Numbered from the stretch's first letter, positions 37,028 to 48,174 are shown. The stretch is DNA of 64,000 bases from an uncultured Candidatus Saccharibacteria bacterium (GCA_964579635.1 CAZOFV010000002.1:1371-65370); one strand, 5' to 3'. A program made the numbers and translations. Notes: generated by a model not told the origin, from the sequence alone.

Positions 37028-39373
37028 CTATCTCACCTGCCAACCATCTTTATTGTTAAGAGCGTTCGTTACACGATTCATAATTTCATCAAGCTCTACA
37101 TCACTAAGCGTTTTTTCTTGTGATAGAAATACTAAATGGAAAGCGTAAGAAATTTTGCTATCCTTTTCAAACTTATCAAACATCTCTATTCGCGTAAGTA
37201 AACTACCTGCCTCGCTTTTAATAATTTCTTTAACAGCATCTTCTTCTGTTCCACTACCCACAAACACCGCGATATCGCGAAGCGCAAATGGATAAGGAGA
37301 AACTGTTTTATAGCTTACGCCTGACAAAAATTGATAAGTTGATACTTCGTGCTCTTTTGGATCTTCGAGTTTTTCGATTACTGCATCAAAATCAATCTCT
37401 GCGATACAAGGCTTTTCTTCGTAATTAACATTCTTTGAAACATCCACCCCAAGAGTTTCCCCTATTTCTTTAACGATACTTTTTGCTTCCTCCCCAAAAT
37501 TGTCTTTCTTTGTGCCCCCACCAAAAGCAAATGCCAATTTTTTAATTTCACTGTTTTTGGTAAAAACATTACCAAATTCAAAAATCTTAATTACCTTCTG
37601 CCCAAGAAGCGGAGCATTGTGAACATTTAATTTAAGAGATTCTTCCATCCCTTTTCGTAAACTTATGCGTATTTTTTCCTTATCTCCTGCAAGACCTTTT
37701 ATTATTGAAACCTCACCCTCGCTTCCAAAGGTGTAAGTCATCACCTCAGAAAATCCGTGATTGAGCAATATTTCGCGAATTTTATCTTCATAATACATGC
37801 GTTTATGGACCAAACCAACACGAGCAAGTTTTGGCAGTACCGGAACTAATTTTTCATAACCCAAAATACGCCCTATTTCTTCTGCGAGGTCCTCTTTAAT
37901 GCGAAGGTCTAATCTTTCGGATGGAACATTTACGACATATCTTTCTTCTTTTAAATTTTCTACTACTCTTCCGTATCCAACTATTTTTCTTGTTGCCGAA
38001 AACTCTTCAATGCTTTCTATTACAACCTTCCCGTGCACTCTTGTAGAGTGAACAATTTTCCCATCTTCCAGATACATACCAACATGATCAACCCCTTCAG
38101 GAACTTTAGTTCCTCTTAAAAATTCTACTGATTCAAAATAAATCTTTCCTTCGCCAGAATTCGCAAACACTAAATCTCCGAACTTTAATTCTTCTAATTT
38201 TATTCTTTCCGAAAAAACATATTTATCAACGGAAATACTCGGCATCCAAATACCTTTATATAAATAACTAACCAAGGAAGAACAATTAAAAGCGTGGGGG
38301 GCATCTTCGCGCATACTTGAGGGGTTTTTGTATGGCACCCCAACAACAGCCTTATACGTTTCTGTTATGTAATTTTCAGGAATTATTTTTTCAAAAGAAA
38401 AAGAAAGTCTTCTAAGAGTGCTCTCAACATCGTTATTGGTACATGTTGTACCTAGAATCATATTCAGTTCGGAAAGCGAAATTCCCACATGATATTTAGT
38501 ATCCTTGCGAGGATACACATCTATTGCGACACTCCCTTCCGCATCTTTGCATAATTCCTTAATTAAATTCGCTGTCATATACAAACCCTCTTCTATGAGA
38601 GAGTTGGCAATGCCATTTTCAAAACGCTTGGATGCATCTGTGTGAAGACCATATCTCTGTGAAGTTTTTCTAATCAAACTTGGATAAAAATTGGCACTTT
38701 CAAGAATAATACTTGTTGTATCTTTGTTTATACCACTATGTTTTCCACCTTTTATTCCAGCAAGACCAAGAGCTTTTTCATCGTCGGCAATCACAAGAGT
38801 TTTCTCGTCAAGTGCTAATTCTTTATCGTCAAGCGTGATGAGCACCTCCCCGTTATTCGCAAAACGAGTGCCGAGTGTTCCTTTTATGCTTCTTGTGTCA
38901 TAAGCGTGTATTGGCTTATTAAGTGCGAATTGCACGTAATTAGTGACATCAACGATGTTATTTATACTTCTCTGCCCTATGGCCTCAAGGCGCGTTTTTA
39001 ACCACTCTGGGCTTTCTTCGACAACTACCCCATCAATCCGCACGCTCATAAATCTTGGGCAAAACTTAGCATCACTAACTGAAAGTACGGGGGCAGGAAT
39101 TGAAGAATTTATGAGATCATCCCGCTTTTTCATTCGCGCACCTTCTTTAAACATAAGGCCCAAATCAGCACACAACTCACGAGCCATGCCACGATGTCCT
39201 AGCGCATCGTGTGCGCGATTTGGAAGAACTTTAATATCGTAAACAGTGTCGTTAGGCAAAGAAATAACCTCTTCCACCTCAAATGATTTTTTATTCAAAG
39301 TATCAACAACAACCTCATTTTCTGGAAGAGTTTCGACGATATAATCTTGTAACCACTGTTTAGAGAATTTCAT
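37028..39373 (-). CDS. pheT: Phenylalanyl-tRNA synthetase beta subunit
   Basis: 781 aa; B3/4, B5 and FDX-ACB domain order. Confidence 0.88.
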   Translation of the reverse strand: MKFSKQWLQDYIVETLPENEVVVDTLNKKSFEVEEVISLPNDTVYDIKVLPNRAHDALGHRGMARELCADLGLMFKEGARMKKRDDLINSSIPAPVLSVSDAKFCPRFMSVRIDGVVVEESPEWLKTRLEAIGQRSINNIVDVTNYVQFALNKPIHAYDTRSIKGTLGTRFANNGEVLITLDDKELALDEKTLVIADDEKALGLAGIKGGKHSGINKDTTSIILESANFYPSLIRKTSQRYGLHTDASKRFENGIANSLIEEGLYMTANLIKELCKDAEGSVAIDVYPRKDTKYHVGISLSELNMILGTTCTNNDVESTLRRLSFSFEKIIPENYITETYKAVVGVPYKNPSSMREDAPHAFNCSSLVSYLYKGIWMPSISVDKYVFSERIKLEELKFGDLVFANSGEGKIYFESVEFLRGTKVPEGVDHVGMYLEDGKIVHSTRVHGKVVIESIEEFSATRKIVGYGRVVENLKEERYVVNVPSERLDLRIKEDLAEEIGRILGYEKLVPVLPKLARVGLVHKRMYYEDKIREILLNHGFSEVMTYTFGSEGEVSIIKGLAGDKEKIRISLRKGMEESLKLNVHNAPLLGQKVIKIFEFGNVFTKNSEIKKLAFAFGGGTKKDNFGEEAKSIVKEIGETLGVDVSKNVNYEEKPCIAEIDFDAVIEKLEDPKEHEVSTYQFLSGVSYKTVSPYPFALRDIAVFVGSGTEEDAVKEIIKSEAGSLLTRIEMFDKFEKDSKISYAFHLVFLSQEKTLSDVELDEIMNRVTNALNNKDGWQVR

Positions 39374-39378
39374 AATAC

Positions 39379-40212
39379 CTAAAATTGATTAACCACCCGA
39401 AGGTCTCCGTTATACAATAACCTCACGTCATCAATTCCGTATTTAAGCATCACCATGCGATCAATACCGCAACCAAAAGCAAAACCGCGGTATTCGCGAG
39501 GATTAATACCGCCTGCTTCAAGCACACGAGGATGAACCATCCCCGCGCCACCTATTTCTATCCAACCCGTACTTTTGCAAACATTGCACGATACATTTTC
39601 GCCCTTGCATTTAAAACATTGCATGTCGAACTCATTTCCCGGCTCGACGAAAGGAAAATACGATGAACGAAGTCTGATTACAATATCTGTTTCAAAAAAT
39701 TCCGAAAAAAGTTTCTGCATCACCCCAACCATCATTGAAAGAGATGCGTCCTTAGCAACATAAAAACCTTCGATTTGATAAAACTGTGCTTCGTGTGTCG
39801 CATCTGTTGCTTCGTTACGAAAAACTTTTCCAGGGCAACAAATTGCAAGTGGAAAATCGCGACCTTCCGCCACATACTTTTCCATCGCCCGAATCTGCAT
39901 GTTGCTTGTATGGGTGCGAAGAACATATCCGACATCTTCGCCATGCTTATTTTTACCCCTCATGTCTTTAATCCAAAAAGTATCCTGCATATCACGGGCT
40001 GGGTGATCACCAGGAACATTTAGTGCGTCAAAGTTATGCCACTCATTTTCAAGCTCCGGACCATCAACGGTGTCAAAACCCATTTTTGAGAAAATGCTTG
40101 AGATGCGGTTAATCGCAATAGTTATCGGGTGTATATGTCCTAAACCAAGCTTTGCTTGGTCGGGCGAACTTCCATTAGGAAGTTTTAGTCCTCTTTCTTC
40201 TTTAGATAGCAT
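39379..40212 (-). CDS. pheS: Phenylalanyl-tRNA synthetase alpha subunit (short N-terminus)
   Basis: Class II core motifs (FRNE, GFAFGCGIDR). Confidence 0.9.
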   Translation of the reverse strand: MLSKEERGLKLPNGSSPDQAKLGLGHIHPITIAINRISSIFSKMGFDTVDGPELENEWHNFDALNVPGDHPARDMQDTFWIKDMRGKNKHGEDVGYVLRTHTSNMQIRAMEKYVAEGRDFPLAICCPGKVFRNEATDATHEAQFYQIEGFYVAKDASLSMMVGVMQKLFSEFFETDIVIRLRSSYFPFVEPGNEFDMQCFKCKGENVSCNVCKSTGWIEIGGAGMVHPRVLEAGGINPREYRGFAFGCGIDRMVMLKYGIDDVRLLYNGDLRVVNQF

Positions 40213-40254
40213 AATTCTCTGATTATAGCCAAACAGAGTCCTTAAACAAAGTCT

Positions 40255-41193
40255 TTATGGTAGTTCTAGGCTATAAAACCGCCCCTCTTTATTTTTTATA
40301 AAATATTCCCCATTTGAAGATATTCTAATTTTTGACTGAGGATCGATAAAAACAGGTCGCAAATCTTCCATTTTTGAACCAATATTTAATTGTAGGGCAA
40401 ATATTCCAGATGGCATTTCCATTAAAACAACATCTGTTCTTCCTGGGTAAAATTCAATGTTTGAAATCTTCTCATCACTTCTAAAAATAGCCGTTGTTGT
40501 GGCAACAGTAGAAGTGGAAACATGGAAAAAATATGGTGCATCTGAAACATTTCCTATCCAAGAAGCCAACACAACATTATCTTTCAAGTACACAATACTT
40601 TTACCAGAAACTAAAGTATCATCTGCTCTATCGATATTAAACTTCTCGTAAATATTTTCCGTCGCCAAAATCTCTTTCTTTTCTTCAACTTTAGTTAGTT
40701 TCTTTTTTTCAAAAAGTGCTTTTACTTCTAAATATTCCGTAGTACTTGTTGCAATTTTTATCGTTTCTTTTGTTGTCGTCGAAACAATATCTTTTGGCTT
40801 ACTAAACTGTGTGATTTCCTTCAAAATAAATTTCTCGGGAGAAAGAAAAGAGTAGTTTTCGGTAACAATCTTTGGATAAACAACTATATTTTTTTTCCAA
40901 GAATAATATCCTTCTTTTTTAACCTCTATAGAATATGAGCCAACCTTTAAATCTTGGACAAAAAACGACCTAGATAAAAATCCGAGTGTGTCGTTAAACT
41001 TACCATTTATATACAAATTAGATCCCGAAGGACTTAAGTAAACTGATATTCCACCAGTTTTAGAAATTATTCCCTCACCAAATCTATAACCAGTTGTGTA
41101 TAAAACCAAAACAGGGACGGCTATCAAAAAGATAATAATTGATAAGTAAAAAAACATATTTCTACTTTTAACTGAAAGTGGTTTTATTGGCAT
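40255..41193 (-). CDS. Membrane-anchored PEGA-domain protein
   Basis: N-terminal TM helix. PEGA-like motif (VGSYSIEVKKEGYYSW). Confidence 0.45.
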   Translation of the reverse strand: MPIKPLSVKSRNMFFYLSIIIFLIAVPVLVLYTTGYRFGEGIISKTGGISVYLSPSGSNLYINGKFNDTLGFLSRSFFVQDLKVGSYSIEVKKEGYYSWKKNIVVYPKIVTENYSFLSPEKFILKEITQFSKPKDIVSTTTKETIKIATSTTEYLEVKALFEKKKLTKVEEKKEILATENIYEKFNIDRADDTLVSGKSIVYLKDNVVLASWIGNVSDAPYFFHVSTSTVATTTAIFRSDEKISNIEFYPGRTDVVLMEMPSGIFALQLNIGSKMEDLRPVFIDPQSKIRISSNGEYFIKNKEGRFYSLELP

Positions 41194-41196
41194 ATT

Positions 41197-42810
41197 TTAA
41201 ATGTTAGCATTTTTTGCCTTACTAAAAACCTTTATTTCTCCACGATGTTTAGGTGTAACCCAAAATCCCATATAACGACCAAGCATCAATCTTGTCTGAG
41301 CTTCAAGTCCTGGGATGGCGCCAAATATTGTTATCGTGACCGGAACTAAAACCCATTGAATGATCATGAAAAAATTATCTCTCCATGTCCTATTCAGCGG
41401 ACGTAGTGGTAAGAAAGAATAAGAAATTGCTGCTGTAAGAAAAAGACCAAGCATAGAGAGAACCATCAAATCCCTTGTAATTATTGGGAGATTATATGAA
41501 AGAATCGTCTGATTAAAAATATTTCCGCCAATCATAACTGGTAACCAACCAAGTAAAAATATTATCAATGGATTCGTAGAGAGCGACCAATATCCTTCAA
41601 GTTGAACTAAAGAAATTTTTATCTTCTGCGCCAAAGGAATTCTTTTATTTTTAAAAAAATTCATAAGAATATAAGGAACATTCTCTGAACCATAAGCCCA
41701 ACGGCGATGTTGTTTGTAAACATTCTTCATTGTCTGCCACAAAGTTGGCGCCAAATTAGCGTCCATGGAAACAGGGTACGCAATAGAAACTATTTCATAT
41801 TTACCGTCGTGGGCAACCAAAAGGTTCCAAAAAATTCTTGAATCTTCAGAAACCATATTCTTCTGCCAATATCCCACTTCATAAAGAGTTTTAAATGAAA
41901 CAGCGTGAGATGAGAAAGTAACAAGTTTTTCCGGTCTTTCCTGTTGAATCATTTGCCAAAAAGTAGAAGACATCGCAGCAACACGAGAAGGAGCAGGTGC
42001 ATCCCAGATATTATTGTTATACAAAGGAACTGGCTGGAAAGATGATTGATATGGTCTTTCGCAGGTCAAAAAATGCCAAGTAAGGCATGTGAAATAATTC
42101 GGATAAACCACTGTGTCACTATCAAAAGCAGACACTAAAACATCTTCATAAGAAATATTTTTTGCGTCTAGAATTAATTTACGGGCCATCTCGGCCATGT
42201 AAGATATGTTTGACCCCTTACCCGCCATCTCACCAAAAACCCCATCTGGATGAATTGTGAGCAAAACATCATAAAACTTATCTTTATATTTTGAGATAAT
42301 TGCCTCCCCTCGGGCGATTGCCTCTTTACCCGCCTTCTCTTCCGCCCCCAAAACAACAATAAGCTTCTTTAGGTCATAGTTTGATTCAAATAACTTTTCA
42401 ACAGTATTGTTAAGAACTTGTTCACTCTCATCATAATAAGGAAGAACGATCATGTGATAAACATGTTCATATTTAAGATGAGAAAGCATTAGAGACCAAT
42501 CCGCTTTTAAGTTGTGCTTAATTCTTTTCCAATTATAACGGAGGTGATAAGAAAGGTGGGCTGTTTTCAAAACCCAATACACATCAAACGCAATAATAAA
42601 TACTGCCGCTACTGTTGGTGCAAAAATGGAAAAAATAATTATCGCTAGAATTGTCCCCCAAGCCATAAGCCCGGGAATCATTTCAAAAAATCTATAAAGG
42701 CGGTAGTCTTCTTTAGAAAGATCAGTAGCACGACCCACATGAAAATAAGGAGTATTAATTGACTCCTTATTCACCAAAGAGATATTAAGTTTTTTTTCTT
42801 CTCCTTCCAT
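41197..42810 (-). CDS. Family-2 processive glycosyltransferase (BcsA/PgaC-like, multi-TM)
   Basis: D,D,D residues and the Q(H)RRW motif (VYKQHRRWAYG), N- and C-terminal TM helices. Confidence 0.7.
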   Translation of the reverse strand: MEGEEKKLNISLVNKESINTPYFHVGRATDLSKEDYRLYRFFEMIPGLMAWGTILAIIIFSIFAPTVAAVFIIAFDVYWVLKTAHLSYHLRYNWKRIKHNLKADWSLMLSHLKYEHVYHMIVLPYYDESEQVLNNTVEKLFESNYDLKKLIVVLGAEEKAGKEAIARGEAIISKYKDKFYDVLLTIHPDGVFGEMAGKGSNISYMAEMARKLILDAKNISYEDVLVSAFDSDTVVYPNYFTCLTWHFLTCERPYQSSFQPVPLYNNNIWDAPAPSRVAAMSSTFWQMIQQERPEKLVTFSSHAVSFKTLYEVGYWQKNMVSEDSRIFWNLLVAHDGKYEIVSIAYPVSMDANLAPTLWQTMKNVYKQHRRWAYGSENVPYILMNFFKNKRIPLAQKIKISLVQLEGYWSLSTNPLIIFLLGWLPVMIGGNIFNQTILSYNLPIITRDLMVLSMLGLFLTAAISYSFLPLRPLNRTWRDNFFMIIQWVLVPVTITIFGAIPGLEAQTRLMLGRYMGFWVTPKHRGEIKVFSKAKNANI

Positions 42811-43021
42811 AAAATTTATAAACTAACACAAAAGACAAAATCTTCTGCACCATGTACCAAGAGTGCCTTTATAGCTTTACTCGAAGCCTACTTTATCAAA
42901 AATTCCAAGCCAATGAAAGCCCTTGAAACACCTCACCCTGTTCATGAAAAAAGACGTAAATATAGACTCTATAAGTGCTGAAATTTCCCACTAAAACAAA
43001 CAAGAAAAGAGAGGTTAATAT

Positions 43022-43684
43022 TTAGACCTTATCAGTAAACACAACAAGTCTCCTAGAATAACTTTTATCTATTTTGTTCCAAACTCCCCCACAAGTAATA
43101 AGGTTGAGGTGTGATTTACCATCATTTGAAAAAAATACTTCGTCTGTATTCGCTTTTTGGTCATAGCTTTGGATTTCTGTTACTACGAAAGTAGCGGTGA
43201 CCATGTTTTCATCCTGAACATATATCTTGTCTCCCTTCTGTAATTTATTTAAATCATCAAACACTGCTGGCTCACTGTTTTTCCAACCATAATGACCAAC
43301 AATAACAGAACTACCCTCTTCTCCCGGGCGTGGGCCCAAATTAAACCAAGCGGCGGCCGTTGGTGTTGTTGGGGCATCCACTGCTCCCTGTGGCGTAACT
43401 CCAACACCAACAAGACTTGTGTTAATGTTAAGTTTTGGAATTTTAAGATTCGTGGGAATACCGATTTTACTTTGTTCTAAAAAAACACTACTTTGGTTAA
43501 ATTCACTTGATTTTGCTTCGGTAAAATTTTTAGTATTCTGGTCGCCAGTAAATGTTGATATTTTTTTATAATAACCATTATCATCTATCCCCTCGAACAT
43601 AAAAAAGACAGTGGTCATTAAAAAAATAACTCCAATAATACCTAAACCAAATAGTAGCCACTTCATTAAAATTTTTGATTGCAT
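43022..43684 (-). CDS. Sortase-family transpeptidase
   Basis: N-terminal TM, then His (VGHYG), Cys (NLITCGG) and Arg in sortase order. Confidence 0.6.
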   Translation of the reverse strand: MQSKILMKWLLFGLGIIGVIFLMTTVFFMFEGIDDNGYYKKISTFTGDQNTKNFTEAKSSEFNQSSVFLEQSKIGIPTNLKIPKLNINTSLVGVGVTPQGAVDAPTTPTAAAWFNLGPRPGEEGSSVIVGHYGWKNSEPAVFDDLNKLQKGDKIYVQDENMVTATFVVTEIQSYDQKANTDEVFFSNDGKSHLNLITCGGVWNKIDKSYSRRLVVFTDKV

Positions 43685-43776
43685 ATTTTTTTAATTAAAC
43701 AAAGAAGGCCCCGCAAAAGCGGGGCCTTCTCCGCTCTTGGATCAAGCGCCTACGTTAATTTATAAATGTAATTAAC

Positions 43777-45654
43777 CTAAACTTTCTTCTTTCTCATAAC
43801 AACAACAAACGGAGCTATCGCTAAAAATAAAACAGCAAATAGTTTAGCGATATCCCATCCATTAATTACACCCTCTGGTGGAAATCCTGTATTAGGAAAT
43901 CCAATCGAAGCTCCCACAACAACAGTGGCTGAAGAAAAATCAACAGCAGTCAAACCATTAGCGTGACCAATTGCTGTGCCGATATTTGTGGTCGTTTTAG
44001 TAAGGTTGGTTTGGCAAGTAAAAGACCATGTTTCATTACTCTCAAGTAGATTATTTTTATTTATATCTCCGGGATGTCCCACGACTCTACTAGGTAAACC
44101 AGTACACTTATCGTCAGTGATACCAACATCACTCAATGCGACAGTACCTGGATTGGTCACTGTGTAAGAGTATGTAACTGCCCCACCACCAACTGGAAGT
44201 GTGAACACGTTAGGCCTTTTTACTAAATGTATTAGTGGTGGTGTCGACGATACCCCAACAACAACAGTTGCGCTTGCTGTGTCGTATGTATCCCAACCAT
44301 TATAGAAACCACGAGCAGTAGTTGTATTTGTTTCTGTTTGAGTAACTATCTTAGTACAACGGTATATCCAAGTTTCAGACAAACCAAGCCATGAATCTTT
44401 ATTAAGATCTCCTGAAATATACTCCACTGCACTACATTTATTATCCTTAACCCATACATTACTCATTGCGACTGGACCTATGTTTGTTACCGTATAAGTG
44501 TAAGCAACAGTTCCTGATCCATTTGGCAAAGAAAGTGGGCTTGGTATTTTTGTGACATTTATAAGTGGTAGTGGTGAAAAAGTGCTACCGCCGGTAGTAG
44601 ATACTGGTGCTGGAGGAGGAGGCGTGTCAGTGTTTGTTATTGTACAAGTTTTATTATCACCAAATGAAAGTGTCACACTACCGCTTGAATTACAGTCCCC
44701 ACTGAAAATTGCGGTATAAGATGAATTTACGTTTTCACTTACTACATAAGTACCAGGAGAAAGTGTGTAGGCAGTCCCTAGTGTTGAGACTCCAACCTGA
44801 GGACTTCCAGAAACATCTACACCGGCACTCTTTACATGTATCGTAAAATCAGAAGAAACAGCGGTTCCGCCACTTGAATTAATTACTGTTTTAACAACGC
44901 GAAGAGTAGTAGGTACTGTGATGGTGTTTGAGTCTGTTGTAACAGTGTGACCAAACGCCAACACTCTTCCTAACAAATTTGCAAAATGTCCCAAGGTAAC
45001 ACCAGTAGAACCAAGAGCATCAGCAATAATATTTCCAACAAAAGTAGGTGTTGGTGATGTTGCAGAATTTGCCCCAATCGATGCAAGACCAGTAGGGGTC
45101 CAGAACACATCAGAGGCGCTGGCACCATTTGCCAAAACAACCTTAGAATTGGCTCCCGTAGTAAGCGCCCCGCCTGACCTGAAGATATATGTTCCAGGGC
45201 CATCTAAGGTCACTGTTGTGCTTAAAGCTATGTCCATAGTGCCACTACTAGAGTAACAGCCTGGGGTGTATGTCCCAGACAAAACGACATTAACACCAAG
45301 AGATGTACATGCCTGGTTATTCAAATCTACCAAAGCTGTTGCTTGAGCTGCTCCGTTTGTACAAGGAGTGACAGCTTGGCTCAACGGGGTAACAGTAATA
45401 CCGTTAATCGATACAGGTGGTGTGTCTGGTGGTGTGGTATAACAAACACCGCCATTGATAGCGGTTTCTAAACCAGTATTTAAGGAGTTAGTCCAAGTAC
45501 TAGAAACAATGCCGTATGTGCCAACAGCCCCAAGAGCTGGTGTTGATGCGGCAAAAACACCAACCGGTCCAATTAAACCAATCATTGATAAAATCCCCAC
45601 TATTGCTACTATCGAATTTTTATTAAAATTTTTCATATATTTTTTATTATCCAA
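43777..45654 (-). CDS. Surface protein with DUF11 repeats and a C-terminal sorting signal (predicted sortase substrate)
   Basis: Signal/TM at the N-terminus. Repeated TYTVTN(I/P)G...DDKC modules. C-terminus FPNTG, then a hydrophobic stretch and RKKKV. Confidence 0.65.
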   Translation of the reverse strand: MDNKKYMKNFNKNSIVAIVGILSMIGLIGPVGVFAASTPALGAVGTYGIVSSTWTNSLNTGLETAINGGVCYTTPPDTPPVSINGITVTPLSQAVTPCTNGAAQATALVDLNNQACTSLGVNVVLSGTYTPGCYSSSGTMDIALSTTVTLDGPGTYIFRSGGALTTGANSKVVLANGASASDVFWTPTGLASIGANSATSPTPTFVGNIIADALGSTGVTLGHFANLLGRVLAFGHTVTTDSNTITVPTTLRVVKTVINSSGGTAVSSDFTIHVKSAGVDVSGSPQVGVSTLGTAYTLSPGTYVVSENVNSSYTAIFSGDCNSSGSVTLSFGDNKTCTITNTDTPPPPAPVSTTGGSTFSPLPLINVTKIPSPLSLPNGSGTVAYTYTVTNIGPVAMSNVWVKDNKCSAVEYISGDLNKDSWLGLSETWIYRCTKIVTQTETNTTTARGFYNGWDTYDTASATVVVGVSSTPPLIHLVKRPNVFTLPVGGGAVTYSYTVTNPGTVALSDVGITDDKCTGLPSRVVGHPGDINKNNLLESNETWSFTCQTNLTKTTTNIGTAIGHANGLTAVDFSSATVVVGASIGFPNTGFPPEGVINGWDIAKLFAVLFLAIAPFVVVMRKKKV

Positions 45655-45796
45655 AAAACAGCGCCATGTTATTAATAATTAAAACGCGCTATTTATATGG
45701 CTTATTATTAGATGTAATTGTCTTACGTAATGATGCCGTCGTAATAGCGAAAGTATTACACTCAAATTTAAAAACAATTTTTAAATTGAAACGAAA

Positions 45797-45826
45797 AATA
45801 ACCTAATTTTTACAATTAGGTTATTT
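45797..45826 (-). terminator. Terminator downstream of the two-component operon
   Basis: AATAACCTAATT-tttaca-AATTAGGTTATTT hairpin. Confidence 0.5.
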
Positions 45827-45874
45827 AAAATTCCTTTCAGTAACTGAATTAAACGCTTCTGGTTAAAATATATT

Positions 45875-46384
45875 TTACTTCTTAGAAACCTTTAAAAGCA
45901 CTTCATTTATATCACTGATAATTTCATCGAGTCGATGGTCAGATTTAACATAGTATTTACTTACCCCCGAACTAACATAGGATTTTATTGTCTTAGGACT
46001 TGCAGCGTTTGATACAACAAAGACTGGTATTTTACTCCACCTTCCGCCGTTAGCTTTAAATTTTTTAACAAAATCAAGACCATCTTCTTTCCCTAGTAAA
46101 TGATGGTCAAGCCAAATAGCATCTACCTTCTCTAACCTTTCAAGATAATCAAGAGCCTGTTTAATACTACTGACTGTTATTGCTCCCAAGCCATTTTTAT
46201 CTAGATTTGCATTAAAAGCCTCTTCAACACTACGCGCAACAATTACCCCAAAACCACTTTTCTTTAGTTTTGCGTTTACCACTTCAAGCAACGCCCGATC
46301 ATCTTCTATGACCAGGATTGTTTTACCCTTATCTGTGGTGATTCTTTTTTCAGTACTAACCTCTTTTAATATTTTTTTAATCAT
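45875..46384 (-). CDS. Response-regulator receiver protein with an uncharacterised C-terminal extension
   Basis: Receiver-fold acidic pocket (LVIEDD...). 169 aa. Confidence 0.65.
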   Translation of the reverse strand: MIKKILKEVSTEKRITTDKGKTILVIEDDRALLEVVNAKLKKSGFGVIVARSVEEAFNANLDKNGLGAITVSSIKQALDYLERLEKVDAIWLDHHLLGKEDGLDFVKKFKANGGRWSKIPVFVVSNAASPKTIKSYVSSGVSKYYVKSDHRLDEIISDINEVLLKVSKK

Positions 46385-46421
46385 GTTGTTTTTTGTGCAT
46401 TAACTATAAGTACTGATAAAT

Positions 46422-47783
46422 CTATTTCGCATTCTCTTTCCCCCGTTTTTTAGGCCCTAGAAGAGGTAGCGTCACGTAAAAAATAGTACCCTTCTCACCC
46501 TCCCCAAAAGACTTAAACCAAACTTTCCCCCCAGAATTTTCAACAATCGACTTTACAATATAAAGGCCTAATCCCGTCCCGTCGGTATCTTTATCTCTAA
46601 CATTATCTGCCCTAAACAACTTGGTGAATATTTTATCTTGTTGGTTTTTTGGTATGCCATAACCATTATCAATAACCTTCAGAAGAACATTATTTTTTTC
46701 AGCCGACGAAATTGATATATTTATTTTTCCACCTTCGGGCGTATACTTTACCGCGTTTGATAAAATATTCTGTACTACCATTCGTAAATGCTTTGGGTCG
46801 GCGTGCATAACTCCAATATTTTTTTCAAACGAAAAAGAAAACGAGATTTTTCTAGCATTAATTTGGGGTTTCTGTTCGTCTATCACACTTTGCGCAAGTT
46901 TGGTTATATCTATTGATTCTGGTTCAACTATAAACGTCCCCAACTCAAGCGAGGAAACATCTAAAAGGGCATTTACCAATTCAACCATACGTTGGTTACT
47001 ACGATAAACCTCGTCGAGATATTTTTTTTGTTTTTCGTTCAACTCCCCAACATCTCCAGCTAAAAGCATTTCCGCGTACCAATTAACCGTAGATAGCGGG
47101 GTACGAAGCTGGTGGCTAGCAAGGGAAACGAATTCTGTTTTAGCTTTATCGATTTCTCTTTCAGAGGTTATATCTCTAAAAATCTTAATTGCTCCTATAA
47201 CCTTACCCTTAAAAATTACTGGGGTTGCCATGATGGCCACCGGAAACTTTGTTTTATCTTTCCTTCTGTAGTAATAAGTTGAAAGAGAAGTAGTTGTATT
47301 ATTGCTCAAAACTGTCTTTGCTTGATACTGTTCTAACGCGACAGGTAACCCTTTTTCGTTTTCGAAAACAACAACCTCGGAAAAAACCTTTCCTATTGTT
47401 TCATTGCTTTTTTTACCAAACAACTTTTCAGCTGTTTTGTTCATAATAATAACAACCCCTTTTTCATCTGTAACAAGAAGTCCGTCACCAATTGATAACA
47501 ATATTGCCTCTTCTTTCACCCTAGCCATTTCAAGGTCCTTGGTGCGTTCAAAAACCTTACGCTCCAATGTTTCGTGTGACTTCTTAAGTTTTTCTGCTGT
47601 TACTACAAGCTTACGTCTAACTACCTCTTTCTCTCGTGCAGTAATAGCAAGTTTCTTTGCCGTTACAGCAAGCTCTCTTGCTGTAACGGCAAGCTTACGT
47701 CGAACAACCTCTTTTTCTTTAGCTAAAACTTTAAGGTTACGAATTATTTCATTGGAAACGGAGGTGATGATATTTTTTTTCAT
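46422..47783 (-). CDS. Cytoplasmic sensor histidine kinase (heptad-repeat N-terminus, PAS, HisKA, HATPase_c)
   Basis: H-box SHQLRTPLS, N/G boxes (DNGYGIP, GTGLGLYIVK). N-terminal (E/K)LAVTA(R/K) tandem repeats. Confidence 0.85.
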   Translation of the reverse strand: MKKNIITSVSNEIIRNLKVLAKEKEVVRRKLAVTARELAVTAKKLAITAREKEVVRRKLVVTAEKLKKSHETLERKVFERTKDLEMARVKEEAILLSIGDGLLVTDEKGVVIIMNKTAEKLFGKKSNETIGKVFSEVVVFENEKGLPVALEQYQAKTVLSNNTTTSLSTYYYRRKDKTKFPVAIMATPVIFKGKVIGAIKIFRDITSEREIDKAKTEFVSLASHQLRTPLSTVNWYAEMLLAGDVGELNEKQKKYLDEVYRSNQRMVELVNALLDVSSLELGTFIVEPESIDITKLAQSVIDEQKPQINARKISFSFSFEKNIGVMHADPKHLRMVVQNILSNAVKYTPEGGKINISISSAEKNNVLLKVIDNGYGIPKNQQDKIFTKLFRADNVRDKDTDGTGLGLYIVKSIVENSGGKVWFKSFGEGEKGTIFYVTLPLLGPKKRGKENAK

Positions 47784-47790
47784 AAAGTAT

Positions 47791-48174
47791 TTAAATCTCC
47801 AATATTTCTTCTATCTTCTTCACAATAGCATGTAGTTTCCAATCAGACTTTATTAAATAATGAGTTAACTTATGAGCTAACATTTCATCCGCAACCTGCT
47901 CGTTGGGGCCACTTAAATTAGTCAGAATAATAACCGGGACTTTTCCTCCCCACATATCTTCTCTAATATTTTTTAGTGCCGTTACCCCATCCATCTCCGG
48001 CATAATAAGGTCGAGTAAAATAAGGTCTGGGTGCTTCAAAAACGCGAGAGCCACTCCCTCTTTTCCATTTCTAGCCTCGATTGGTAGAAAATTTTTAGCT
48101 AATAGTATATCTACCATGGCACCACGAAGGCTTTTTTCATCCTCAATTATTAATATCGTTTTTTGTTTTTTCAT
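47791..48174 (-). CDS. Single-domain CheY-like response regulator
   Basis: ILIIEDE...LILLDLIMP...K motif pattern. 127 aa. Confidence 0.8.
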   Translation of the reverse strand: MKKQKTILIIEDEKSLRGAMVDILLAKNFLPIEARNGKEGVALAFLKHPDLILLDLIMPEMDGVTALKNIREDMWGGKVPVIILTNLSGPNEQVADEMLAHKLTHYLIKSDWKLHAIVKKIEEILEI

